Assembly: GCF_001194135.2 (NCBI RefSeq)
Contig: NC_068991.1
Location: forward strand, 18,886,804-18,950,803
Reading direction: 5' to 3'
Length of the DNA stretch: 64,000 bases
Origin: Octopus bimaculoides
Taxonomy: Eukaryota
Positions 1 through 11,881 of this stretch are shown piece by piece; the stretch's first letter is position 1; the number at the start of each line of letters is the position of its first letter. The notes beneath the pieces were generated by a model, which was not told where the DNA came from, did not search any database, and saw only the letters and a program-made list of their open reading frames with translations. Position numbers and translations under genes: made by a program.

Positions 1-106
1 GGAGCACAACCACCATGACTTTCCGTCTTTATGCTGTGCTCTCTTCACGTTCCTTGCATGAAGAGAGCACAGCATAAAGACGGAAAGTCAATGGTGGTGG
101 TGCTCC
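1..106. repeat. Near-perfect palindrome (32-bp perfect stem 16-47/59-90, ~47 bp overall) built on a SINE-A-like tail
   Basis: tgactttccgtctttatgctgtgctctcttca is the exact reverse complement of 59-90; loop 11 nt. Confidence 0.9.
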
Positions 107-204
107 AGCATGACCGCAGCCACTTGGCTGAAACGCATACATACATACATACATACACATAAATTTTGTCCGAATTTTTTTTTTTTTTTTCGACTCTTCC
201 TAAG

Positions 205-375
205 TTCAAATAGCGCTGAGGTTAACTCAGCCTTTGGTCCTTTCGGATATCGATAAAACAAGTACTACTTGAACGCTGGAGGGTATGTGTGTGTGTGTGT
301 GATGGTGGTCGATGTAATCGACTTTCTCCTTCCCTGAAAACTGCTGGCATTGTGTTAAAATGTGAAACAATTAGT
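205..375 (+). mobile_element. SINE family D fragment (Deu/Nin-like core)
   Basis: gcctttggtcctttcggatatcgataaaacaagtac...gtcgatgtaatcgac matches the other D copies in the window. Confidence 0.65.
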
Positions 376-1090
376 GTTATTATTTATAAACAAATAGCGA
401 TGCCCATGCCACAAAATTTCAAACAAAACGGGCCGGTTCGCAATTACTACCATCGACATACATGCAACTACATACTTGATTGCACGCACGCACACACACA
501 CATCAACATTATATTTCTTGACATGACATGGCATTTTATATACAACAAACATATCCACTTAATTTATTGTTTGATTTTATTGTATTTTATTTTTTTTTTT
601 TGTGGTGTAACAGTTCAAAGTAAAACATTACGAAACAACTATAACAACAACAAGAACAAAAATGAAGTCAACACGAGATAATATTTCGTGTCATATTCAC
701 CATCATCATCATCGTGTTAAATTATTATCAAATTCATTATCATGATTAATATATTGTTAGATAGTTGGTTCACCGAATTTTAACGAGCTCGATTAGATAT
801 GAAAAGAATGCACGTGTAAGAATCGGTCTAGGGAGGTCAAGATGACGTCACGCATCGATTACATAATCAGAACGAATCACACATACACACTCACACACAC
901 ACACATACGTATGAAATTAGTGAAATGACAAGGGAACAAGTTGATAGTGAAATTCGTGTACCCTTGTCAAGCTTTTTTTTATTTTTGTTTTTTTAAATTT
1001 CACATTAAAGCTTTATTCTGAAAAGCGTGTTATATTGAGTTCAAGCGGCAAATCATTAGCATCACTACGCCAAAATTAAATCAAATACAC

Positions 1091-1129
<39 letters not shown>

Positions 1130-1914
1130 TCTTTCTCTTTTACTCNNNNNNNNNNNNNNNNNNNNNNNNNNNNNNNNNNNNNNNNNNNNNNNNNNNNNNN
1201 NNNNNNNNNNNNNNNNNNNNNNNNNNNNNNNNNNNNNNNNNNNNNNNNNNNNNNNNNNNNNNNNNNNNNNNNNNNNNNNNNNNNNNNNNNNNNNNNNNNN
1301 NNNNNNNNNNNNNNNNNNNNNNNNNNNNNNNNNNNNNNNNNNNNNNNNNNNNNNNNNNNNNNNNNNNNNNNNNNNNNNNNNNNNNNNNNNNNNNNNNNNN
1401 NNNNNNNNNNNNNNNNNNNNNNNNNNNNNNNNNNNNNNNNNNNNNNNNNNNNNNNNNNNNNNNNNNNNNNNNNNNNNNNNNNNNNNNNNNNNNNNNNNNN
1501 NNNNNNNNNNNNNNNNNNNNNNNNNNNNNNNNNNNNNNNNNNNNNNNNNNNNNNNNNNNNNNNNNNNNNNNNNNNNNNNNNNNNNNNNNNNNNNNNNNNN
1601 NNNNNNNNNNNNNNNNNNNNNNNNNNNNNNNNNNNNNNNNNNNNNNNNNNNNNNNNNNNNNNNNNNNNNNNNNNNNNNNNNNNNNNNNNNNNNNNNNNNN
1701 NNNNNNNNNNNNNNNNNNNNNNNNNNNNNNNNNNNNNNNNNNNNNNNNNNNNNNNNNNNNNNNNNNNNNNNNNNNNNNNNNNNNNNNNNNNNNNNNNNNN
1801 NNNNNNNNNNNNNNNNNNNNNNNNNNNNNNNNNNNNNNNNNNNNNNNNNNNNNNNNNNNNNNNNNNNNNNNNNNNNNNNNNNNNNNNNNNNNNNNNNNNN
1901 NNNNNNNNNNNNNN

Positions 1915-1946
<32 letters not shown>

Positions 1947-2196
1947 ACAAATAATATGTGAGCATATGCATATATACGTACACGTATGTACATACCTACA
2001 TCTACATGTATATATAGATGCATATCTGGGTACAGGACGTCGCAAAAAAAACGTGGACAAACTGAATAACAGAACATAAACATAGCACAGAAAACAAACA
2101 GGCCACATAGAGAATATTTCCTTCATCAGCTGCCCCTATTCTAAACTGAGCGTAACGAAGACAGTACACGCAATATAAAACCAAAAAGGAAAAACT

Positions 2197-2326
2197 CAGT
2201 TGTCACTAATTGTGACTGAGGGTGCCAGGTAGCACCTTATATTCCTAGAAATAAGAGTTAAAAAAAAATTCTTATTTCTAGCAATATAGGTGCTGATCGA
2301 CAGTCAGTCACAATTAGTGACAATTG
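2197..2326. repeat. Hairpin/foldback repeat; related copy at 36214-36314
   Basis: Arms ttgtcactaattgtgactga / tcagtcacaattagtgacaa plus inner arms. Both copies are preceded by gcaatataaaaccaaaa. Confidence 0.75.
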
Positions 2327-3234
2327 TGTGTGTATATATCAAAGAAAGCAGGATACATGGCTGTTTTGAGCGATGATATGTTACACTCACACACTATGCT
2401 GTCATGTTTATATACGTGCCTGTTTTTTTTTAAATTAAAATCATTTGACAAAACACTTCGTTCTTCGAAGAATAGAAACACGTCTCTTTCTCATATATAT
2501 ATATATATATATATCCAGCGGGGTAGCATCATTCGAATAACGCAATGCACCGTATTGTAACCACCAGTGATAACAACATCCGATGGACTGGGCAATATAG
2601 GATAAGACTAGCGACACACAATCGTACCTCCACGTAGTTCGTTCAGGTAGTGCCAGTCAAATAATTTCAGAAAGTTCTACTCCTTTGGTGCGCAGTAAAT
2701 CCCTAATTTACTGGGTTCATAAGAAGGTGTCTACTATTAGCTTAACTAATACAATCTCCCACTTTGTCTCTGGTACATAAACCCCTTACTAGACGTATAC
2801 TTCCACCGTACGGTATGGCGTGTCCCAGCACCGACCATTTCATTCAATAGCTATTTCAGCTACTGAAGCAAAAATCCTAAATCTTGGGTCGGAGAAGGAG
2901 TTATGCGTAGAAATGTGTTGTTTCACATGGTTAACTGAGGCGCCTATTATTAACTACTAGTGTATCAAAACCTCTCATTCATATTAAACTAAGTGTGTAT
3001 GCACTTATCAATATGTCTAGGTTTTGTCAACGAAAGTGCTAGAGTACTTTTATACACGTTACAGAGCGTAAAAATTAGACTAATTTTTTCTTTTTATTTC
3101 ACAACGCTACTTTCTTCATGTGGGACGTATGTGTGGAGTTTAAATTTGTCCGCGTAAATATAGAAAACACTAATTTAATGACCTTTCATAATCAATTACT
3201 GAAGATCTTTCGTTTATAAATATTATGCAATATA

Positions 3235-3445
3235 CAGGGTGTCCACAAGGTCTGGGTACACGGAGTAAATAAAATCATAACATAAACAATTAAATATAAG
3301 AAATAATAATTTCTTAAAGTATGTGTTAATCCCCATGAGGGTACATGGAATAAATAAAATCATAACATAAACAATTAAATATAAGGAGTAATAATTTCTT
3401 AAAGTATGTGTTAATCCCCATGTACCCAGACTTTGTGGACACCCT

Positions 3446-3446
<1 letters not shown>
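3235..3446. mobile_element. Tc1/mariner-type MITE with internal ~80-bp tandem duplication
   Basis: TA-flanked TIRs cagggtgtccacaaggtctgggtaca / tgtacccagactttgtggacaccctg. Confidence 0.85.
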
Positions 3447-3513
<67 letters not shown>

Positions 3514-3796
3514 TTATGCATGTATGTAAATACACACAGATGTTGGTTATTTACAATAACACTGAAGATAAACCACATTATTATCTAATATTTATAAACG
3601 GAAGTAAAGATATTCAACAATCGATTCTGAAAGGTCACTTCCAGGTGACACATTTTACCGTGGAGTCTGACAAGTCAAAGGTAAATTATACAACAAGGCT
3701 ATATACATACATGTAAGCTACACGTAATAACACGTTATGACCTTTCATGCAATAATAATTATTATTATACATTATATATATATATATATATATATA

Positions 3797-4273
3797 TAGT
3801 ACCGGACCAATTAATCGGCAAGTTTGAGACCGGAAGTGTGCCGGATATCACAGTTTTCCGAAGAAAGTCTTCGTAATATACACTTCATAGAATAAACTAT
3901 GAAAAGTATAGACCTAAACTGTCTCCAACAAATTCAATGCACGTACGTCTAAAGCAGAGTCTGTTTGATATCTATTAATCCATTTACGATTCTTAAAGTA
4001 TGCTGCATCGCATATACAATATAATGTTTATAGAATGAAATTTAAACGAAAGAACGTGGGTTTATATAACAGATACAAATTAATACACTTCTGTAGCAGA
4101 CTATATTGTTATCAATCCACTTAAAAGAACAAAACTATTTTTAGCACACCGTACGCAAGTTAACCAATTTCAAAAAAACAGTATATCTACTCCATACAGG
4201 GTATATTATTGCAAGATAGTGCATAATATTTCCGGATTTCTGGAAGAAAGCCGGATAAGAGGTCCCAGTACTG
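3797..4273. mobile_element. pogo/Tigger-like non-autonomous element
   Basis: Imperfect TIRs tagtaccggaccaattaatcggc / gccggataagaggtcccagtactg with TA flanks. Confidence 0.5.
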
Positions 4274-4732
4274 TATGTATATAAGAGAGAGAGAGAGAGA
4301 ATTACGACACACGACAAGAGAATTACGACATGAGTTTGAGTTATCTCCCTTTATTGAAGGGCATTGCTCGGTTTACAAGGATTTTATTTTCACTATTATT
4401 AGAAGGTGGTATGTAGGTTTATGTGTATGTATGTATGTATATATATATGGTAGGTAGAGTACTTAAGAGGGGAGAATGCTTTAAGACTTTCATAGCTTTA
4501 TCAAGTGTCACCCTCAAGCAATAAACGATTTATAGTAAACTGCTAATGTGTATTTATAATAACGGGTAGAATAAAGAGATGCACAAGGCCACGCAATTTG
4601 GAAAGAGAATATGAGCTACTAAATAGTACTTCATTGTACCGACACCCCCAAAAGCATTAAAAGTTAACAGATATAGTAGGTATTGATCACAGGCTGTATT
4701 TATCGATAATGTATATATATATATATATACAT

Positions 4733-4790
<58 letters not shown>

Positions 4791-5396
4791 CGAAATCTCG
4801 ATGTATAAGTTCAAATAGGGGATATGAAACTATGCAACGGGAGGGAGGAAGAAATAGCCTTTGAACTTTTATCAATAGAAAGAAAGGAAAAGAAAAACGA
4901 TATTCTTTTAAGACGTATTTTTCAAAGGTTTGGCATAAGGACGATCAAGGTTATATTTATTACAGTTTTTATTATTGTTTGACCTGTAAGTGATAAAATT
5001 AAATAGAAGACAAGGGTATATGGGAAAGATAGTGTATAGGTATGAAGACATGGCAAATGTTGATTTCAAACATTAGAATTTTAAATGACAATAAAGGTAA
5101 TGTGTGTTTATGACATGAAAATGAAAGAGATATAGTAAGTTAAAGGTTTAATTATAGTACTTGGAATGATGTAAGATTTACATCTTCGGAGAAGAAGTAT
5201 TACTTGTAAATTATGTATTAATGGGGTAAGGTCGGACAAATAGAGTGACAATGTGGATGGTAACACTATAAAAACAAGGACGCAGTTATTTTTAGTTGAA
5301 ATATGTTTAAAATATTGATATATAGTTCTCCTTTGAAGATAACATTATTTAAAAGATAGAAGTCTAGATGAGCCAAAATCAATTAAAAAAATTTAA

Positions 5397-5596
5397 TCAA
5401 AAATAGAAAAGAACGAAAGCAACAACAACAAAAAAAACTAAGTTGAAGTGAAAAGTTTTATAAGTAATTTTATGTAAGTTATTATTATTATTAGTAGCAT
5501 TATTACTGTAATTGTTATTATTTAGCGAAAAGGTGGCGTATCTTGGTGAATATTCTTCAAATGGGACGGACACCTCGTCAAATGGAAATAGAATAC
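5397..5596 (-). CDS. Candidate terminal coding exon of a minus-strand gene; C-terminus resembles a GPI-anchor signal or tail anchor
   Basis: Acceptor gttgtttatgtcag|GT ATT CTA (phase 1). Frame is open to TGA at 5397-5399: GILFPFDEVSVPFEEYSPRYATFSLNNNNYSNNATNNNNNLHKITYKTFHFNLVFFVVVAFVLFYF*. Ends in a hydrophobic tail. AATAAA signals on the minus strand near 4956 and 4968. No homology search possible. Confidence 0.5.
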
Positions 5597-6289
5597 CTGA
5601 CATAAACAACACTATTTACTTCGAAAATAAAACGTTCATTGATTTAATACGATACAATTAATAATTCTTATCAGTATATGCTCGTTAATTACTAAATGCC
5701 AATTATGTAATTATTTAAATAGATCATATATAAAGTTGTGTAAGGGTGGGACAAAAATATTAAAAAGGACATGTGAGCAAGGTCATGTAAACGTGCGCGC
5801 GTGTCTACATCTATATGTTATATGTATATATACATCTATATATATATATATATATATAAAGCAAACACTTAGATCTGTCCATTTCGTTGTCCTTCCCCCT
5901 CCGAGTCCGGTTCGCTGTAGGTCAGTTCTGATCGAGCAGACACTTGATTAAAAGCACTCCAACCGTAGCCATACGGTTCGAGATACCGTGTTTCAGATAC
6001 GGCTGTATCTAATCTCATCGACCGTATCCCTCCTTCTTACCCTATTTTTCTATTTTAAAAAAAAGATAGTAGGGTGTATCATTTAAGGGAGATTAGACTA
6101 CTATTTCTAGCAAAGTCCAGCGACCACGTAGCGAGGTTCGATGTCTCGTACTTTTCGCTATTATTATAGTCTAGTTGTTATTAGTCTAATGTAGGCCATG
6201 GAAAGAAAGAAAGAGAGAGGGAAGAGATGAAAAAAAAAATTAAATAAATGAATGGTTATTTTGTTAATGTGTCACATGCACACACTTGC

Positions 6290-6307
6290 CTTTTGTCTTC
6301 CAAAGAT
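6290..6307 (-). CDS. Possible 18-nt microexon with GC donor (DLWKTK)
   Basis: ctaagcgattcttccgatcacag|ATCTTTGGAAGACAAAAG|gcaagt; consensus GC-AG donor; phase 1-1 compatible with the flanking candidate exons. Confidence 0.25.
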
Positions 6308-6581
6308 CTGTGATCGGAAGAATCGCTTAGAAATCTGCGATAACAACCTATTAGACGAAAGCATGGCTGCCCGATTGTAAGATGTTGACCGGCTGATAGA
6401 GTTTACAATCAGACGTTTATATGGTAAGGAAGCTCAAACGAACCAAAAACGAACTTAAGGCGCTTAGAAATATATAAATACCTTGAAATTTGAAAAAAAA
6501 GAAAAGAATTTAAAAGATTGTGGAGGACAGACGTAAAAAAAATATTTAAACAATTATAATGAAGCATACATAAAGTGTACA

Positions 6582-6613
<32 letters not shown>

Positions 6614-6616
<3 letters not shown>

Positions 6617-6852
6617 TTATCCCCCACCATATTGTGATTCGCCTATCGCGGTCCACCTATCGCGCTTTATTATTTAAGCTTACGTCAATTCCTCTGTGGT
6701 GTTGTTTTTGCATTTATAATAAAATAAATATATACAGATTACAAGAATGATTAAAAAGAAATACAGTATAGTACTGCTTCTACTTCGTGGATTTTCAACT
6801 ATTGCGGGTGGTGGGGTGGAACGTAACGCCCGCGATAATCGAGGAACTACTG
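6614..6852. mobile_element. pogo/Tigger-like MITE
   Basis: TA-cagttatccccc... / ...cgcgataatcgaggaactactg-TA termini. Confidence 0.65.
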
Positions 6853-7280
6853 TATACATATATGCCAGATATATTTATTAGTTTATTTGTGTGCTCGTGC
6901 ACGCACACTTATACATGTTTAAGCATGATGGTAGTGGTGAGGGTGAGTCACGTCGTTCGACGAGGAGGATGGCTTCAGCTTTCCAATCAACTGAATTACC
7001 TGCCCCTGAATTAACGTGTAAGTGGAAAACATTTCACGGGACACGTGTTGTAATTTCTGGCAGAATCAGTATGTTACAGGTTATTCTTATTTTTTGGATT
7101 GCAAGCATAGTCCACCCAACGGACTTCCATACACTTTTTATCTGCCCAATTTCGCAAATATATGTAGAAAAGGTCGTTTGGTCAAGATGTCATGCAGGGA
7201 AATCAAACCCAAGACTTAGTAGTTGCATAGTGAAATCGTTAACCATTTGGTTATATAGCACCTACATACTAATCTCCACA

Positions 7281-7668
7281 GTGGAGGCGCAATGGCCCAG
7301 TGATTAGGGCAGCGGACTCACGGTCATAGGATCACGGTTTCGATGCCCAGAATGGACATTGTGAGTGTTTATTGAACGAAAACACCTAAAGCTCCACGAG
7401 GCTCCAGCAGGGGATGGTGGCGAACCCTGCTGTACTCTTTCACCACAACTTTCTCTCACTCTTTCTTCCTGTTTCTGTTGTGCCTGTAATTCAAAGGGTC
7501 AGCCCTGTCACACTGTGTCACGCTGAATATCCTCGAGAACTACGTTAAGGGTACACGTGTCTGTGGAGTGCTCAGCCACTTGCACGTTAATTTCACGAGC
7601 AGGCTGTTCCGTTGATCGGATCGACTGGAACCCTCGACTTCGTAAGCAACGGAGTGCCAAACAACAAC
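7281..7668 (+). mobile_element. tRNA-derived SINE family B, full length
   Basis: Head gtggaggcgcaatggcccagtgattagggcagcg (A box) and ggtttcgatgccc (B box). Body matches the copies at 22155 and 50989. Confidence 0.85.
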
Positions 7669-7769
7669 TCATCTCCACCACACACACACACATATTGTTT
7701 TTAAATCTGCTTTTTCATATTGGCATAAGTTGGACAAGACTTTTAGGGGCCATGGTCTATGGCCACTTG

Positions 7770-8105
7770 CCCTTCCCAAAGCCAATCCCATGGGTGCACC
7801 TAAGAGGTTCCCCTCTGGGGTACAAGTCTGGGCAGAAAGTCGCCTCACCAGCAAGCGCACAACCTATGGAGGACCAGCAGTTGTTCATGCATACCAGCCT
7901 CTCCTCTCCACGCCACCGATGTTATCCAAAGGAAGGGCAAAGGTACCAGTGATGTCACAACTCATTTCTACGGCTGAGTGAACTGGAGCAACATGAAATG
8001 AAATGTCTTGCTCAAGAACACAACATGCAGCCCAGTCCAAGAATCGAACTTACAGCCATACGATCATAAGCTCGACACTCTAACCATTGAGCCATGCCCC
8101 TTCAC
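7770..8105 (-). mobile_element. tRNA-SINE family C variant (C2 tail)
   Basis: Reverse complement of the 22937-23232 copy (gttgtgttcttgagcaagaca...aaatgagttgtgac). Confidence 0.75.
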
Positions 8106-8133
8106 AAATATATCTATATACATATGCATATAT

Positions 8134-8290
8134 CAGTTGTGACTGTGTTAAGAAGCTTGCTTCCCAACCACATGGTCCCGAGTTCAGTTCCACTGTGTGG
8201 CACCTTGGACAAGTGTCTTCTACTATAGCCTTTGGGCTGACCAAAGCCTTGTGAGTTCATTTGATAGATATAAACTGAAAGAAGCCCATC

Positions 8291-8380
<90 letters not shown>

Positions 8381-8620
8381 ATGTATTTATGTGTTTGTGT
8401 GACTTTGTGTCTGTATTTGTTCCCCCATTACCACTTGACAACTGGTGCTGGTGTGTTTACGTCCCCATAACTTAGTAGTTTCTTAATAGTTCAGCAAACG
8501 AGACCAATAGAATAATTACTAGACTTACAAAGAATAAGTCTTGGGGTTGATTTTTTTGACTAAAACACTCTTTAAGGCAGTGCTCCAGCATGGGCACAGT
8601 CAAATGACTGAAACAAAAGA
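8134..8620 (+). mobile_element. tRNA-SINE family A with internal (TA)n
   Basis: ccaaccacatggtcccgagttcagttccactgtgtggcacc...aaagaagccc-(TA)n-...gctccagcatgggcacagtcaaatgactgaaac. Confidence 0.85.
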
Positions 8621-9324
8621 ATATATATATATATACATATAAGCTATGAAAGTCATTGAGTATGAGAGGTGAAAATATATTATTTAACCACACAACATCC
8701 CTGTGACCATTTTGCAGTATTTTTCATGTAGCAATAATTTTAGAGTGAAAGAAATTATGCTTACATGTTCAGTATGTGTTAATATGCATTACAGGCATTA
8801 CTATACATTATATATTACAATTGAATATTCGCAGACGCCTCACATGATTTTTAGAGGGCCCCCTGCAACTTTTTGCTTTGAGGCCCCAACCCTTCAATCA
8901 AAATTCATAATCTACTCTCCTTTTATTCATAGCTGTATTTCACTTTATTTGTATCTAAAGTTTAACATATTTTTAGAAGAACTTTTGCAGGTACAGTGTA
9001 TTACCATTTTATTTCTTGAAATTTTCAGTTCACATAAGTTTAATTCTTGTTCGACATCTTAACCAAAGTAAATATATGACTCATCTATGTACTTTGATCT
9101 TAAAATGGGGCCTCTCAACTGTGGAAGCCTCTTGCGACTGCAGGGGTTACAGGCACTTAGCAACAGCCCTGTATATTCACAAACCAAAGAAAGCTAACTC
9201 ATCAAATCATCAGAACATCATAGTTATACCAACCGTTGTATTGTATAATGCATATTAATGCAAACGTGTAAGCATAATTTCTTCCACACTGAAATTATTA
9301 TAATATGAAAAAGGCTGCAAAACA

Positions 9325-9524
9325 GCAGGGGGTGATAAAAAGTTTCCTGACTTTGGGTAAAAGAAAATACAGGAGGATCAGTTAATTATGATTTTATTCT
9401 CAGATTCATACATTTATTGCAGCTGCCCTTCAGTTTTTCTACGCCCTGTAAAAAAAACTCAGAAGATTGGGCCTCTAACCAGGTCTTTCACAGTACCCTT
9501 AAAGCCAGGAACTTTTCAGCATCT
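9325..9524. mobile_element. mariner-derived MITE (same family as 25075-25293); right TIR cut by a SINE A
   Basis: gggggtgataaaaagtttcct ... aggaacttttcagcatc. Confidence 0.7.
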
Positions 9525-9812
9525 CAGCTTGCTTACCAACCACATGGTTCTGGGTTCAGTCCGACTGCGTGGCACCTTGGGCAAGTGTCTTCTACTATAG
9601 CCTCGGGCCGACCAAAGCCTTGTGAGTGGATTTGGTAGACGGAAACTGAAAGAAGCCCGTTGTATATATGTATATATATATATATATATATGTATATGTG
9701 TGTGTGTATATGTTTGTCCCCCCCCACCATATATATTCTTTTATTCTTTTACTTGTTTCAGTGATGTGACTGTGGCCATACTGAAGCACAGTATGGCCAC
9801 AGGACTTACTTT
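9525..9812 (+). mobile_element. SINE A head/body (+) followed by an inverted SINE A tail running into a gap
   Basis: Near-consensus A sequence to ~9730, then ttcttttacttgtttcagt...gactgtggccat in reverse orientation. Confidence 0.8.
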
Positions 9813-10768
9813 NNNNNNNNNNNNNNNNNNNNNNNNNNNNNNNNNNNNNNNNNNNNNNNNNNNNNNNNNNNNNNNNNNNNNNNNNNNNNNNNNNNNNNNN
9901 NNNNNNNNNNNNNNNNNNNNNNNNNNNNNNNNNNNNNNNNNNNNNNNNNNNNNNNNNNNNNNNNNNNNNNNNNNNNNNNNNNNNNNNNNNNNNNNNNNNN
10001 NNNNNNNNNNNNNNNNNNNNNNNNNNNNNNNNNNNNNNNNNNNNNNNNNNNNNNNNNNNNNNNNNNNNNNNNNNNNNNNNNNNNNNNNNNNNNNNNNNNN
10101 NNNNNNNNNNNNNNNNNNNNNNNNNNNNNNNNNNNNNNNNNNNNNNNNNNNNNNNNNNNNNNNNNNNNNNNNNNNNNNNNNNNNNNNNNNNNNNNNNNNN
10201 NNNNNNNNNNNNNNNNNNNNNNNNNNNNNNNNNNNNNNNNNNNNNNNNNNNNNNNNNNNNNNNNNNNNNNNNNNNNNNNNNNNNNNNNNNNNNNNNNNNN
10301 NNNNNNNNNNNNNNNNNNNNNNNNNNNNNNNNNNNNNNNNNNNNNNNNNNNNNNNNNNNNNNNNNNNNNNNNNNNNNNNNNNNNNNNNNNNNNNNNNNNN
10401 NNNNNNNNNNNNNNNNNNNNNNNNNNNNNNNNNNNNNNNNNNNNNNNNNNNNNNNNNNNNNNNNNNNNNNNNNNNNNNNNNNNNNNNNNNNNNNNNNNNN
10501 NNNNNNNNNNNNNNNNNNNNNNNNNNNNNNNNNNNNNNNNNNNNNNNNNNNNNNNNNNNNNNNNNNNNNNNNNNNNNNNNNNNNNNNNNNNNNNNNNNNN
10601 NNNNNNNNNNNNNNNNNNNNNNNNNNNNNNNNNNNNNNNNNNNNNNNNNNNNNNNNNNNNNNATATATATATATATAAATATATGCATAATTGTTAAAGA
10701 TCACAACAAAGGTTAAGGCAAGGCAAATGTCTCATTATTATAATTGGAAAAAAGTTAAAGTCTTACAC

Positions 10769-10801
10769 CTGTTTCTGGGATATCCCAGAGTATGGGATAT
10801 T
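10769..10801 (-). CDS. Candidate 33-nt internal exon (EYPILWDIPET); alternative donor gives 35 nt (10767-10801)
   Basis: Minus strand: ~125-nt pyrimidine tract with no AG for 129 nt, then cccatgacag|AATATCCCATACTCTGGGATATCCCAGAAACAG|gtgtaaga. The phase 1-1 form joins the 5596 exon in frame. Confidence 0.6.
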
Positions 10802-11089
10802 CTGTCATGGGATACAAATAGGGAAAATGAGAAGGGTATAAATTAATGAAATGACAACATAGAGGACAGGAGTAAAAGAATGAGGAGATGAAGACAGAGA
10901 AGAAAAAGGAAGCATGAAAGTTCACAGTTCACCTTTCTGATATTGTAGAAATAAGTCCATAAGTCCTTAGGTGCAATCCTGCCCTAGTAATCCGTTACAG
11001 CACTTACATAGTGTACCTAATAGTTTAGATCACCTGTGAACTAAACCCTCCATATTTTATACACACACACACACACATACACACACAAA

Positions 11090-11250
11090 CAAATATATAT
11101 ATACGACAGGCTTCTTTCTATTTCTATCAAGGCTTTGGTTGGCCCGAGGCTATAGTAGAAGACACTTGCCCAAGATTCCATGCAGTGGGACTGAACCCTG
11201 AACCATGTGGTTGGGAAGCAAGCTTCTTACTACACAGCCACACCTGCACC
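11090..11250 (-). mobile_element. SINE A 5' portion
   Basis: caaggctttggttggcccgaggctatagtagaagacacttgcccaag...accatgtggttgg. Confidence 0.8.
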
Positions 11251-11283
11251 TTATATATATACATGAATTTATATACATGCATG

Positions 11284-11319
<36 letters not shown>

Positions 11320-11881
11320 GGTTTGGAGGTGATGTACAGGTATTATATATTAGAAAAAATAATAAGGCACTCAGAGATCTGGATGGTTGTACATTTACAG
11401 ATTTTTATTAATATTTAACAGAAGCAACAGAGTGACACAAGGATCAAGAGTATTATGTGTTCGGGCTTATCAAATAAGTGATATATATCTATAAACTGAA
11501 CAACCAAGCTCATTGAATTAGCATTTAAGTGACTGAGTATTCCCTAGACACATCGTACGCTCTTAATCCAATACTCAGGCTGAATCACTGTGACACAGTG
11601 TAAAAAAAAAACTGGACTATTAAATTGCAGTCACAGTTCTCATGGGCTTCCATAGTTTTTTAGTTAACCCAATTTCTCTCACAAAATATCAATTGACCTG
11701 AGGCTATAGCAATTACACTTGCCCAATATACCATGCAGCCAAATTGAAACCAGGCTATGCTAACGTAACATTTTTCAAATTGTACAAGTGATGTAAAACT
11801 CACAATAAAATTGAAGAGAATAGTTGAGGTTTTTGAAGTGATCACAGTAAAGAAGTCTCATTATGTCATTTTATTTATTTA

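Noticed and set aside
2100-2135. Hammerhead at minus-strand CTGATGAAGG...CCT
   Set aside because: GAAA and stem III are absent (cctgttt).
7281-7360. tRNA genes (also at 22937, 28825, 36366, 51300)
   Set aside because: A/B boxes continue into SINE bodies, and I could not identify a complete cloverleaf or acceptor stem; these are SINE heads.
11008-11016. 9-nt microexon with gtaagt donor
   Set aside because: Weak acceptor; in phase 1 it would create TAA when joined to the next exon.
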